Source of the DNA: Fistulifera solaris
Lineage: Eukaryota
Direction of reading: 5' to 3'
Assembly (NCBI GenBank): GCA_030295235.1
Contig: AP026173.1
Coordinates: 372,001 to 436,000 of the forward strand
Length of the DNA stretch: 64,000 nucleotides
Part shown: positions 12,279-23,947 of the stretch, piece after piece
Layout: each line of letters starts with the position of its first letter
Numbering within the stretch: position 1 is the first letter of the stretch
Notes under the pieces: model-generated
Databases searched by the model: none
Seen by the model: only the letters and a program-made list of their open reading frames with translations
Told to the model about the DNA's origin: nothing
Position numbers and translations under genes: made by a program

Positions 12279-12824
12279 TTAGAATTTAGGAGGAAAAAAT
12301 TTATCCATAACTGGTTTTACCGTCACGATAACAAGGGGCAACCGAAGCGGTTCAGCTAATTCGTTCATCACCAGTGCCATTCCTATCTTTCCCATCTCTG
12401 GATCAACTTTAGAAGCCATATCCCATCCTAATTTTGCATCAATTTGAGCGATAAGAGCCATAGTATCCAAGTTACCCACCTCAATGGATGCATAACACAA
12501 AGCGAATGTTGACGTCCATGCGGCCCAATACCAAACGAGCAAGGGCATTCCGTAATCACGTGCTAGCGCTTTGTAGCGACCGCGCCACGAATATAGTTCC
12601 CCCGTATTAATCCCTTTCAATGTTTCCAACTTGGCAATTTCACGATTCAATTTTCGAAGCTCTTGATCTTTCTGAAAGTCGCTCAGGCCGGCAACGCGAT
12701 TCTTTTCGATTTCTTCCTCCGCGGGTGTTAAGGGCGTGTAGAACCGGCGGACGATGCCTATCGAGAGTGAAGGCTTTTGAAAAGCATAGCGCCGAAGGCC
12801 ATGCATATGGAGAGCTAACGCCAT
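12279..12824 (-). CDS. FAM210/DUF1279-family protein, probably mitochondrial
   Basis: Arg-rich transit-like N-terminus; LARDYGMPLLVWYW...NELAEPLRLPLVIVTVKPV matches the DUF1279 pattern. Confidence 0.75.
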   Translation of the reverse strand: MALALHMHGLRRYAFQKPSLSIGIVRRFYTPLTPAEEEIEKNRVAGLSDFQKDQELRKLNREIAKLETLKGINTGELYSWRGRYKALARDYGMPLLVWYWAAWTSTFALCYASIEVGNLDTMALIAQIDAKLGWDMASKVDPEMGKIGMALVMNELAEPLRLPLVIVTVKPVMDKFFPPKF

Positions 12825-12877
12825 TGTAATCACCTCACCTCTTTATTTTTAGTGAAATAATAGAAATGGAGTGTTAC

Positions 12878-12880
<3 letters not shown>

Positions 12881-12909
<29 letters not shown>
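12881..12909 (-). repeat. Poly(A) tail of the retrotransposon (29 nt, uninterrupted)
   Basis: T29 on the + strand directly after the 3' UTR of the RT-RLE ORF. Confidence 0.95.
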
Positions 12910-13031
12910 CGGAGCAAGGAGGTGTTACTTTCTCTACTATGCTTGTCTAACACGAGGATCAGTTGTACGACGTATCTGGTACGCTCAGAAGGGAAACGGT
13001 AGATCGCGAAGGAGCACCATTGAGGATAAGG

Positions 13032-16000
13032 TTAGTAGATAGACAGACCAGCACCATCTAACCAAAGCGGATGAGAGCTAAGGGGCAAACCACTACGCGG
13101 GCTGCGCAACAGCATAGAAACGGAACGGACTAAGGAAATGCTCAATCGAGAGCGGACATAGCCACATACAACAGAATACTGTTTGTCCCATTTTAGTGCT
13201 AATTTCCCAGCAAGCTTTTTGATCGCAAGATTAGCCTGCTTTCCAATCAATCCATCTGCCGGAAAAGACCAACGGGGTGAAATCAATACGTTGGGCTTCA
13301 CATTTGGGGCCATGTTTGTCGAATTTCTCTTTTCGTCTTGCTAAAAAAGAATTTTAGGGTCAGTGGTAACATAGGAATCAGCCTCAGTGTCAACGATAGA
13401 TACATCAAACATGGTGAGACGACGTCTTTTCCAAAATTCATACACGGAGATATCACCTCTAGTTTCATCAATATCATGCATTGTCTCAACTGCGTCCACG
13501 ACCAGGGTAGATGGGAGGTTCGCCGAATGTTTCGTCGGGCATAGCCTGCTGACAAATAAATAGAAATTCCTTCTTCATGTCATCATGTCGGATAGAGACT
13601 AGTCCACCATGTGGACAATCTTGTGAATGCGAGAGAATTTGTCACCGCATCCATCACAGGTTTCGTTTAGTCCAAGTAAGGGCAGGCCTAAGCGGATTCG
13701 GATGCTGTCACGAAATTCGTCACATGACAAGGTGGTACCGTTGATGCGCATCGGATGCACAGTCAACCAATTCCCGGTCTCCTTTGCCCTTTCGAGACGC
13801 TCGACTTCTACAGGGCGTTCTGTTTTACAGATGCGCTGCAGGGTCTTCAAATCTCTGTCTATACGGGCGCCCTTAGCAGCGTACGGGTTGCTTTGGCATG
13901 CTTATGATAAGCCGCCACATCAAGTTCAATTCTGCATTAGACTATCCGTAAGGGGCTTAGTCACCATTACCGAAATTTCATAGTTAACCGGAGCTGTCAC
14001 ACTAGGGTCGTGAAATGGCGATTCCAGCTGCCTTAGTTGCGAGAGTGGTAATTTCTCGAAGTTCACCGACAGTCGGACTCCGGCCTCCCCAAGAATCGCT
14101 GGAAGTAAAGAAGTGCGTAAGGCAACCTCCAGCGGTTTGAGAAACTCTTCACAGCCTGGAACTACGCGCTGAATGTAAGCCCATTCATTTTGTAGCGAGA
14201 TTGTGAAGGCCGCATACGCTGCTTGTGGTTCAGTCCGAGCAACCATGGAAAGCGCTTCAACTTTGGATATCCACGCTTCAATTTTGGGACACAGCCACTC
14301 CCCAAGATAGCTCCGATCCCCAATAAATCCTCCAAGGTATCTGGCGACGGCACACACGAAAACTTGTATTCAGCTAGCAACCGACTACAAGCCAATCGGG
14401 ACTCAGGGTCAATGCAAACAAGCTGGCTTTTCTCGGTTCGGGATAGTAACCACGGTCAGGGCCATACTTAATAAGCAGCTTCATCGCGATATCTATTTGA
14501 CTTGCAGGACCCGCTAAAGCTACGTCATCCGCATACCATGGCTGCACAACATCCTTAGTGGCTTCACGAATGCGTTTTGCCAAGGGAACCAGGGTAAGAC
14601 CGTATATAATCATACTCATGGGATCTCCTTGCGTAATTCCCTCGCTGGCTGTGAAGTTTGATGCACGGTTTTCCCTCACCTCTTCAGAGAAAAGAATAGG
14701 GCGTGTGCCGATAAGAATGAAAGATAAGTCGGGCCCCTGCTGGATACAGATGCCGCACAGTCCACAGCATAACCAGGGCGATTGAGTTCGTTGAAAGCGT
14801 TACGGGCATCCACCAATACCACCGCTTCGGGGTCGGTCTGAGAATCTAGCATTGATGTCGTGGAACTGTTGTCAGAATCCGAAGGAGATAAAGAGGGCGA
14901 ACATAGCCAACACCCGGGTACGGTAGTGAAAGTACCGACGAAGAATCAGAAGTCGAAGTATCAAGCGAACTATCAGAAGCCGAAATAATCGAAGAATCAA
15001 GTAAGCGTTTTTGAACGGCATGAAGTGCCCCCTCAATACCAGCTTGCAAACCAACAGAAAGGTTGAAGTTGGAAGCCTCAGCCGTGCTGTGATAACCAGT
15101 TGCTTTCAAAACCGCTTGATCTATTAGGCCGGAAGATATCACCAATTGCAATAGGGCGAACACCAGGTTTCTTGTCTAATGCTACGAGTCTGCAATGCAT
15201 TAGAGCTCGAATTGATGCGGTGGGTCGCCATTTGTTAACCACTCGGTCCAGGCAGCTAACTCTTGACGTAGTGCAAATGATGCATCACCAAAGCAGATAA
15301 GCCAGTTCTGAAGCATTTTGGCATCAATGCCGCTAGGACCTCCACTACCATTGATATTACGAGCAGCCTCTTCAATACTTTGTGCTGTCATTCTGAGAGG
15401 GACCGCATCGGGAGTAGTATCGTACTTCTCGAACGCAGAATGGTCTTCATCGTTTTCCAAGTCGGGAACTCGTTGTGGAGGATGCTTTGCGTCAAGAACA
15501 TCACGGACAGGTTTGCCTGATTTCAAATCAATTGATTCTGGGTCTAAAACAGAAGAACCTTCTTGCGTTGATTCCATTAGCTGTTGCATCGCCTTTTTGA
15601 TTCGTCCAAACTCAACTGTGTTTCTGAAACGCTCTGCAATTTCCAGATCTGAGCGAACGACCGGTCCACGAATTCGAAATTTACGTTCGAGAAGAGTATC
15701 ATCAACTAGCAATTGATACTGCTTCCCAGCCCAGAGCTCAAGACGATCATTAATACGAAGTCGGATTGCTTTGGCGTCGGAGATATCACGCTTGCTTGCA
15801 AGCACCACCTGCACGAAGACAATCACACGTTCAAAATTTCGCGTGCGATGGAGCCGGACTGCCTGAAATTCCGCAACAAGTTGATTGAGGAATTTAATAC
15901 CCGTGTCTCCACCGAGGGGCAACATGTAATAATTAGGGGAAGAAGAACACAGATCCTCATAGCGTTTTTGCCACTCGTAATCCTCCTCAGCTGAAAGACT

Positions 16001-16650
16001 GCCATGGAGTTGAGTCCCATCGTTGTCGTGAATCCAGTCTCCGAAGACTTGTTTCAAAACGCAAATGGGCTTCACTGGCAATAAAACCAATCGGATCAGC
16101 ACCATCAACCTGTGTGAGAAGCGGAGGGCTCAAGGACTCTTGTGAGATCGTTGGCAATTTCTTGCACGAGGTCGTCGAAAGGAGGGGCCATCGGTTGTGG
16201 TGCTTGTGCTGTTCGAGGCGTGCGAACAGGAGGAACAAATAGGGAGTCATCGACATCCGGAGTAGGAGGCGTATTCACTGCGTCCGGTGACGAATTTGGC
16301 GTCGTGAATTGGTGATTGGATGATTCAGAAGCCTCTGCGCCCGCACCCTGAAAGGTAAGTGCAGTGCGGTGGGCTTCTGGAATTTGTTCGATGTGGGGTG
16401 GAAAGCTATCCGGTGGATTGGGTGTGGAATCATCGGAAGGATTAGCTGTGTTTTTGTTGGTGCAGGCACGACAAAAACAATTGGTGCATCGAAGATTGTT
16501 TTTACGACAAAAGCAGCGTCGGTTTTTGCATGTTGCGGTTTTGGAACAATTGCAACAAGGGCCCGGAGGTCGAGGCCTGGGCGACGAGACTTCTGTGATG
16601 TCAACAGTGGGGGTGTTTGTACCTATAGCGACACAGTAGGGGTGTCTCAA
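13032..16650 (-). pseudogene. Retrotransposon polyprotein: CXC-like Cys domain - RT - CCHC - RLE endonuclease (many frameshifts as assembled)
   Basis: ORF fragments 16105-16650, 15200-16108, 14846-15163, 14374-14679, 13926-14357, 13599-13850 and 13032-13313 are collinear with the CRE polyprotein order. No in-frame ATG upstream of the Cys domain. Confidence 0.85.
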
Positions 16651-16858
16651 GACTGAGCGCGTGGATGCCTTTCTTCGGCGGCGAAATGATAGGCGTGAAA
16701 CACTGTAGGATCAAAATGTACCGAAAAATAATTTGGTCGATAATCGAAGCGCGTGTGTACGTCAACCGAACAGCCAGACACGCACCTAAAGAGCTATGGT
16801 CCAAGTCTACTGCAATGAATAGAAGAGATCAGGGGTACCAAGGCAAAGTTTAAAGTCT

Positions 16859-19800
16859 CTAGATTGTTACATTACTCCGTCTTTCCTCGACTAGACTTCT
16901 GGCCCTTGTTATGCACTTCTTCGCAAAATAAACCACGTCTTGATCACCGCCGCTCTCTATTTCCCGTTCTGACTCGAGCTGCTGGGTTAATGCAGTTTCA
17001 ATAAACCTTATTTCTTCTTCTTCAAACACATGCAGCACAGCTTCGAGACAGCGGCCGACGTTCAGCCGTACATTGGCAATTCGATCCGATGATAAAGACA
17101 ATGCTATCGCCGCTAATTCCTGCACGGGCGAATTCGTCATTCTTTCCTCGACTTGGTAGTTTCCTTGCCACTTCGAAGCACAGGCCCCATTTAGTAAAAG
17201 CGTTTCCATCATTTTCAAGCTAAGAAGCCGTTGTTTGGACTCAGAATGGATCGCAGCTTTCCTCACGTTTGGAATAACAATGGATGATATCCATTCCGCT
17301 GCGGCATCCTCACCATGACTTCCCAAACTGCTACCACCCATACATAGACACTCTGCGGCAGTCTTTCTTACTGCATCAACTTTGTCCCCCATCAACTGGA
17401 CACACAATTTAGCAATTTCGGATCGCGTTTCGTGTTGTTGAGTACAGCCTAATAGTGCTGGAACAATCTCTACTGCGCTTTGTCTCACTCGCCATTGCTT
17501 ACTGTTGCCAAGCTCCGCTAACGTAGGAAGTAGCCTTAGTACCTGTTTCTCTGAAAGTACAGGTACAACTACAGGTTTTTCAGACGCATAGGAGGATATT
17601 GAAACAGAATCGTCGTCTAAAGACGCGATGGAAGCATGGCGTGCACGAGCTTGATGAGATGATGTCCGAGTTGCGTTAGTAACAGCTCGTAGAGCAGCGC
17701 TAGTCACCTCGGGATCGCTATCATTCAACAAAGTTTGGACAGTGGGAATTAGACGATCATCAACGTGCTTCTTGTAGTGTACAACGCTATCAAAATCAGC
17801 GGACAAAGATTTTTCGAGCGAAGAAGGATCAACAGCCACGTCGAACCCGCGGTTCTGTAGCGAAACCAGCAAAGTCAGGAGGTCACCAACAGCTGAAGCC
17901 AGAGAAACGCGCACAGATACGCTCGCATCTTTGTGTAGCTTGATAGAAGCCGGAATAAGAGCCTCTAGGATGCTGACCTCGCTTGGAGCAGCTTCTCCAG
18001 GATTCGTTGACATCATCACTATTTGCGAGAGACGAGGGACGCACGCAACAGCTTCACATCGTACGCGCTCATCGGAATCCGACAGCAAGGCGAGCAGGGT
18101 GTCTATCACCACACTAGACCAATGTGCCCCCAAAGCATCGCATAAGCGGTCGCATTGAGCAGCTACAGAGAGTCTCACTGAAGGTGAACGATCTTCTGCT
18201 AACCGTGTTGCAACTGGGAGCAACTTGCATTGAAGTAAATAAACCTCAGCAAAGGTCGGATCATCGCGACTGGGAAGACGGCGCAGGTACCGACTTCCTT
18301 GGCTGGCGTCTCCCAAAAACGCATTAGGCAAGTGCTCAGCGAGATGCCAGGTCAACGTCATCGCTGCTGAGCGTAAGTGAGGTTCCGGATCTGTCATGGA
18401 CCGCTCGCACATGAGCACTAGCCATGGGACTGAACGAGGATCAAACACTAGCTCAGCGATTTCGTGTAATACTTTTGCCGTTGCTTTTCGAACCATCACA
18501 TCGACGTCGTGCAGTGCTCGAGTAATCACCCCTCGGAGCTGAAGCTGATGCGGAAAGTCGAGGTGACCCCACAAAACAGGACCTAGCGAGCACGCTGTTA
18601 TTCGGGCACTTGTACTTCGACTCGCAGCCAGCCTATGAACAACCGCGAGAAACCTGTTCCCCGCATGTAGTCTATGGATGTCCGAAGATGACACTTCCCC
18701 CTTCGAACCGAATCGTCGTCTCAATTCTGCTTCCATTTCAGGATCCAGCGGCCGTCCGCTTTCCGAGTCACAACCCGGGCTCTTCATGATTGGACAACTC
18801 AGCACAATCAATTTTAAAAGACTGCCCGCGGTTCCCAAATCATTTATAGCACCCGCTTCCTGTGATGTACGTCCAGCCGTTGCCGACAAAGCTTCTTCTT
18901 CAGATAGTTCCATTTCTGTATCTATATCTAAGATATCACAAAGAAGCGAAATGAGTTCTCCACGTAGTAACGCTGCCGGAGGCGACGTTGTATCGGCAAG
19001 GAAAGTGCGTGTGCGCTGTAATACATCACCAATCTGCAACAAAGGTTTTTCGTGTGACAAGCTCGAATCCAAATCAGAGGAAATGGTTGGGCGCTTCACC
19101 CCTTTCCCGTCTCTTGTTGGCGTGAGGGGCGGCGGGGGACCTTTTCTTCGCTTGATAAGACTTGCATCTGGAAAAGAAAATCCACTTTTTACCTTCCCTG
19201 GTAAATTCGATTTGGGGACAAGCTTCATTCTTGTATAGTCAAGTATAACCTTTGCGACGCTTTTGGCGGCGTCGCCATAGTCCTTTGAAGAATGATGGTA
19301 AACACTATGAGGATTCCTTCTTGGACTTGATGCGCTATCTGCGTCACCCGTATTTCCGGAGAGAGAAAGTAAATGTCTTTCTTCATCTTCCAATCCTATG
19401 ACAAAAAGAAGAAGGACCCAAAGGACCTTTTCTCCAACTTTGAATAACGCTTCTTCTTTCTTGTTCTTCACCGGATCACGAACTTCGGCGAAGCGACGGC
19501 GTACGAGATTAGTATAGGCATCAATTCTGAGATCCGCACCAATGAGTGGCCTTGGTGTTTCACCGTGATCATCGCTCGGGTCAACTGAATCGCGGACTCT
19601 ATTGCCATCCATCATATTTCCAAAGCCAGAACCCTTAATTAGCCTTCCCATCTCTTCTCTAGCTAACCGTAGCGCATCGTCAGCGATAGGCCGAAGAATA
19701 AGAGTTAGCGGCCGATTGCTTTGTCTGAGTTCGTCAATTGTCTCAAAATGGGTCAAATTCTTTGTGTCGACATTGCCTACTTTCACAATGAGGGAACCAA

Positions 19801-21231
19801 CTTTGGCACCGGCCTTCTTTGCAGGTCCACCAGGAGCAACAGTTCGAACAACTGTCCTCTCCAAAACATTTTCGACAGTAAGACCGAGCATTTCGCGCTC
19901 AATTTTAACTTCATAGTAGTCTGAATTAGAGTTGCGACTCTGTGACTGAGGAAGGGTGCGCTTGTCTTCGTCATTCGCTTCGAGGCCCTCCTGCGTTGAT
20001 TTGCCAAAGAATGATTGCTTGGGACCCACGCGCCGAAACATGGAAGCAAACACAGAGTTTGTAGTTTTTGATATTGTTTCTGGTTTATCCTTGTGGTCTA
20101 CTGGTTGTTCGAGGCCAGCATCTAACGTAAAACTGTCGGCGCTTCCTGTCGCTTTACGGTCCTGGTTTCCAATTGGTACATCTCCCATACACGCTCGAAA
20201 AAAGGCAGCGGTCATATCACCTTGCGGAGTAGAGCAAGGAGGGAGCAGATCCGACACTACCACTGGGCGATCAACTTCATCAAATTCATCGATGTCATTG
20301 GAGGTGCTGGACTTCCCTTTCGGTAAAAGATCGACTAAACTTTGATACGCCCCATCTACTTTTTTCAACGTCATCTCCAAACAATCGCAAGCGTCACTAA
20401 TATCTTGTTCTTGGTATCGTTTTATCGGTTCAGAGTCGATAGTCTTTTGTTTAGGATGCCTTGGTGATTTGTCCCCGTCAACTTTCATTGAGTCCTCTGC
20501 ACCATCGTCAACGGCGCTAAAGTACTCCAATAATAGTAATACCTGTAGCAACGAATCGTTACCTCCCTCACTTAACTTTTTCAAAAGAGGAGATTGCGGG
20601 CTGCGATTCTGAAGCTCATTTCGAACAGCCGTTAACAATACATATCGCAATTCAAATTTGTTGCTGCTTGCACCTTTTCTATCATGTCTATCATCTTTTC
20701 ATCTGCAGCCGATGAGATAAAAGAGTGTGCAACCGCACGTGCTTCTCGCGCCGCTTCAGCTGGTGATTTATTTTTCGCACTAGCTGCAGCAGCCACAGCC
20801 GCCAATGCCAAAGCAGCTTTTCGCTTCACATCGTCCGCTTCATTGTTGTCATCATGCGAAGACTCCTCAGAGATTGAAATTCGTACTTTTGCAGATCCAT
20901 CGCCCTGTAGCTCTGGTACCTCTACAATTGTAGGCTTCATCTCGTACTCGCTACCCGCACTTGTTGTCTCTTTGTTGGCAGCGTCGACTTCAGAATTAAT
21001 ATCAGATTTTTCCTCGGAGCTGCTCTCGACGTCGACCTCCTTCGGCTCATCCATGCTTTGAGCTCCCGCAATCTTACAAGAGAATTCTTCGGCCACTATT
21101 GCAGATTCTACTTCTTCTCCGTTGGCTTGTTGCTCGAGCGATGTTTCGGTGGACGTCAGCGGTGTTATTGTTGACACAGGTTTGGTCGAATCATCGTCGT
21201 TCGCCTTCTCGTCATTGCCTCCTTCCTGCAT
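16859..21231 (-). CDS. Large PDZ + HEAT-repeat protein (PP2A-A/PP4R1-like scaffold repeats)
   Basis: PDZ: EVKIEREMLGLTV...VAPGGPAKKAGAKVGSLIVKVG...RPLTLILR. HEAT repeats DVDVMVRKA, DRSPSVRLS, DSDERVRCEA, QWRVRQSA, DKVDAVRKTA, DRIANVRLNV, DQDVVYFA. One frameshift near 20640 joins the acidic N-terminal ORF. Confidence 0.8.
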
Positions 21232-21439
21232 TTTAAAGTCAAAGGGTCGGCTCTACCGAGGAATGAAGCTGCACCCTATACTTAATAAATAAAAGGAAAT
21301 TTATTTCTTTATCTTCTCCACAAAGTGCTTTTACATGGAATTCAAGAGTGGAACGCAGGCAATAAACAGTGCAAGCACAAAAGTCTCACAAAGGCATCGT
21401 GGTGAAACATCTTTATGCGACGCACTGGTTGAATACCTT

Positions 21440-21518
21440 GAAACGACGTTAAAATTCTGCCTCGCCGTAGGCTTTACGTAGAAACTTGTACTGAGAGGCA
21501 GAATTTTAACGTCCTTTC
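21440..21518. repeat. Perfect 19-bp inverted repeat (hairpin/cruciform)
   Basis: GACGTTAAAATTCTGCCTC (21445-21463) is the exact reverse complement of GAGGCAGAATTTTAACGTC (21495-21513). 31-nt loop; pairing extends 4 bp after one mismatch. Confidence 0.95.
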
Positions 21519-22271
21519 CTTAATTATTGGAATTATTGGGTCGTGGTACGACTTAGTGCTACGGCGCTACAATTTTCAGTGGTCTTGCGTTCGAATTGGT
21601 TCTAAAGATGGCTATCTTTTGCGTCGCCTTAGTCTACTCTAGTTCGCAACCTTTTGGCTGCTATCAAACGCGAAGCCTCGGTGTCGCTTTGCAGTGTCTT
21701 GCGATAAAGGCTGTGCAAAGAAATGTCCACATTAACTATATCATCGACAAACAACTAGAGCCTCCCTTGTGATTAGGTTGACACTCCTCTGTTGTTGTAA
21801 GTATTCCCATTCCTTGGTGGCATTAATCCAACGTTCGCTCGTGGTTGCAAGTGATAATCAATCATATACTCATTATTTGAAGAAAGAACCGAAAGGCTAA
21901 AACACACTAGCTACTTTTGCCTTTTTGCTATAATTTGTTACTATGGGGTACTGCAGTAAACTAATAGACAACTCTTCAATTTTGTGCGAATGCGACTTTC
22001 ACTTACTTCTCGCTAGGGTCTAGTAAATGAGACTGATGGTGATTCGTGATTGAATTTGTTCAACCGTTCAACCTCAACCACCGTGCACCCGACAGACGCT
22101 CCCTTCATGCGAAAAAAGAAAGGCGAAACTGCGAACAAAACGCCAAACCGCAAAATCACGGCGTTCACAACTGGCTGTCAAACCGCAGTGTTTCCATCGC
22201 CAAAGGCATTCTTCTCGCTCGTCATCCTATAATTAATTTCATTTATTTTTCGAAGTATTCTACAACATAAA

Positions 22272-23179
22272 ATGGTGAGTAGAAAATGTTTCATTGCGCC
22301 TTATCGATCGTGGATGGTATGAGCTTCATAAAAAAAGCAGTGCGTTTCTGATGGTTGGTGGGCATGTCGCGGATCGGTTTTGTAAAATTCTCTTTTCTAC
22401 TTTATGTCGTATAGTAAAAGGGAATTTTAGTGTCATTGTTGATTTGTTTTCTTGTTAATCCCCATGGAGTTTTGGGCGATTTTATTCTGCGTAATCATTT
22501 TCTTTCAACTCACACTATCCTAACAATTATGTTGATCCAGGCTGAAGTTCCAGAATTCAAACTAATCCTAGTCGGCGACGGAGGCGTGGGAAAGACAACA
22601 TTCGTCAAGCGCCATTTGACGGGTGAGTTCGAAAAGAAATACGTCGCTACTTTGGGAGTAGAGGTCCACCCGTTGCTTTTTCACACGAATCGTGGGCCTA
22701 TTAAATTCAACGTTTGGGATACCGCTGGTCAGGAAAAGTTTGGTGGTTTGCGTGATGGATATTACATTCAAGGGCAATGTGCTATTATCATGTTCGATGT
22801 GACCAGTCGCATCACTTACAAAAACGTTCCTAACTGGCACCGCGACTTGACGCGCGTCTGCGAAAACATCCCAATTGTTTTGACCGGAAACAAAGTTGAG
22901 ATTAAAGACCGAAAGGTCAAGGCGAAGCAAATTACGTTTCACCGAAAGAAGAATTTGCAGTACTATGATATCTCTGCTAAATCGAACTACAACTTCGAGA
23001 AGCCGTTCTTGTGGCTAGCTCGAAAGCTCTCCGGAGACAATCAGCTTCACTTTGTTGAAGCTCCTGCCTTGCAGCCACCGGAAGCAACGATTGATGATGC
23101 TACGAAGATTCTTTACGAGCAGGAGATTGCTGACGCAGCCGCGCAGCCTCTGCCCGACGATGACGACGATGATCTTTAG
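22272..23179 (+). CDS. RAN: GTP-binding nuclear protein Ran
   Basis: ATG-only first coding exon (22272-22274), intron 22275-22540, then [44 protein letters not shown] and acidic tail PDDDDDDL. Confidence 0.98.
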
Positions 23180-23947
23180 ATTTCCATTTAATTCACAAAA
23201 TCTCACGGAATGCTTTGTCTTTCAAGGAAGCGTTGCGTGATGGAGTAGAATTGAAAATTTAGGACCTTGTCGGGTTTCCTTTGCAAATAAAGATGCTTTG
23301 AAAATCTAGCTTTGAATTTACGTTTCTATTAGTACTACGTATTATCATCATTGATGCTTGCTCTGTAATCCTCTTCCGGGGGTACAGAAATTGCAGAAGG
23401 CAAACTTACATAATAAGACGTACTATGTCATCAAACCGCAATAACACTACGGAGCGCTCACAAAAGCTTGAAGCCTAAGTGCGACTTATTAGTCAACCAA
23501 GTTTCAAAGATAGAGCACCGTGCACCGTATCAGGTACTTGGTAACGGAGAGGAATGAGTTGATCAAGCCGGTCGTTTCTAGGTCAAGGAAGACACCCGGT
23601 AACAGGAAATCAGTTGTTCGGTTGAATTAGCTGTTTGACAATTAAGAGCACAATAGCTATAATGGCTAGAATATTTGAATCGTCTAATTCGCTTAGACTG
23701 CTGTCAAAAAGTCTAAAATATACTGGCTATGGTAATTCGTTTACCTAGCTTTCACGATCTCATCCAAGTGACCGTTATTCGTGACAAAGAACAGACAGCG
23801 GGACTGGATGGAGAGCTTGTGGTGCTTTGCTGTCGTCCATAGCGAGTGGAGTATAAGTCGTTGGCAATGCTGTTGTTTCATTGCCTCGTATAAAGCATAA
23901 ATAGCACAATCCACAGCAAGTCAATCTTTGAACATAACTTCTAAAGA

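Larger units (their letters stand above)
12881..16800 (-). mobile_element. CRE-clade (RLE-type) non-LTR retrotransposon, near full length; 5' end approximate
   Basis: Poly(A) tail (T29 on +, 12881-12909) and ~120-nt 3' UTR. Single frameshifted ORF with RT motifs GPSGID, GVRPIAIG, LVDARNAFN, GITQGDPMSM, WYADD, RYLGG, then CCHC knuckle CDGC..H...C, RHD, RGD, FDV and K..K of a restriction-like endonuclease. Confidence 0.93.

Noticed and set aside
12930..12950. GACAAGCA-TAGT-AGAG in the CRE 3' UTR (minus strand) resembling the motif at 2393-2413
   Set aside because: Only an 8-nt exact match plus gapped tetramers, and the pairing partners are missing; likely chance.
16751..16763. GTGTGTACGT as a target-site duplication of GTGTTACGT (12871-12879)
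   Set aside because: Imperfect and short, which is not expected for an insertion young enough to keep a pure 29-nt tail.
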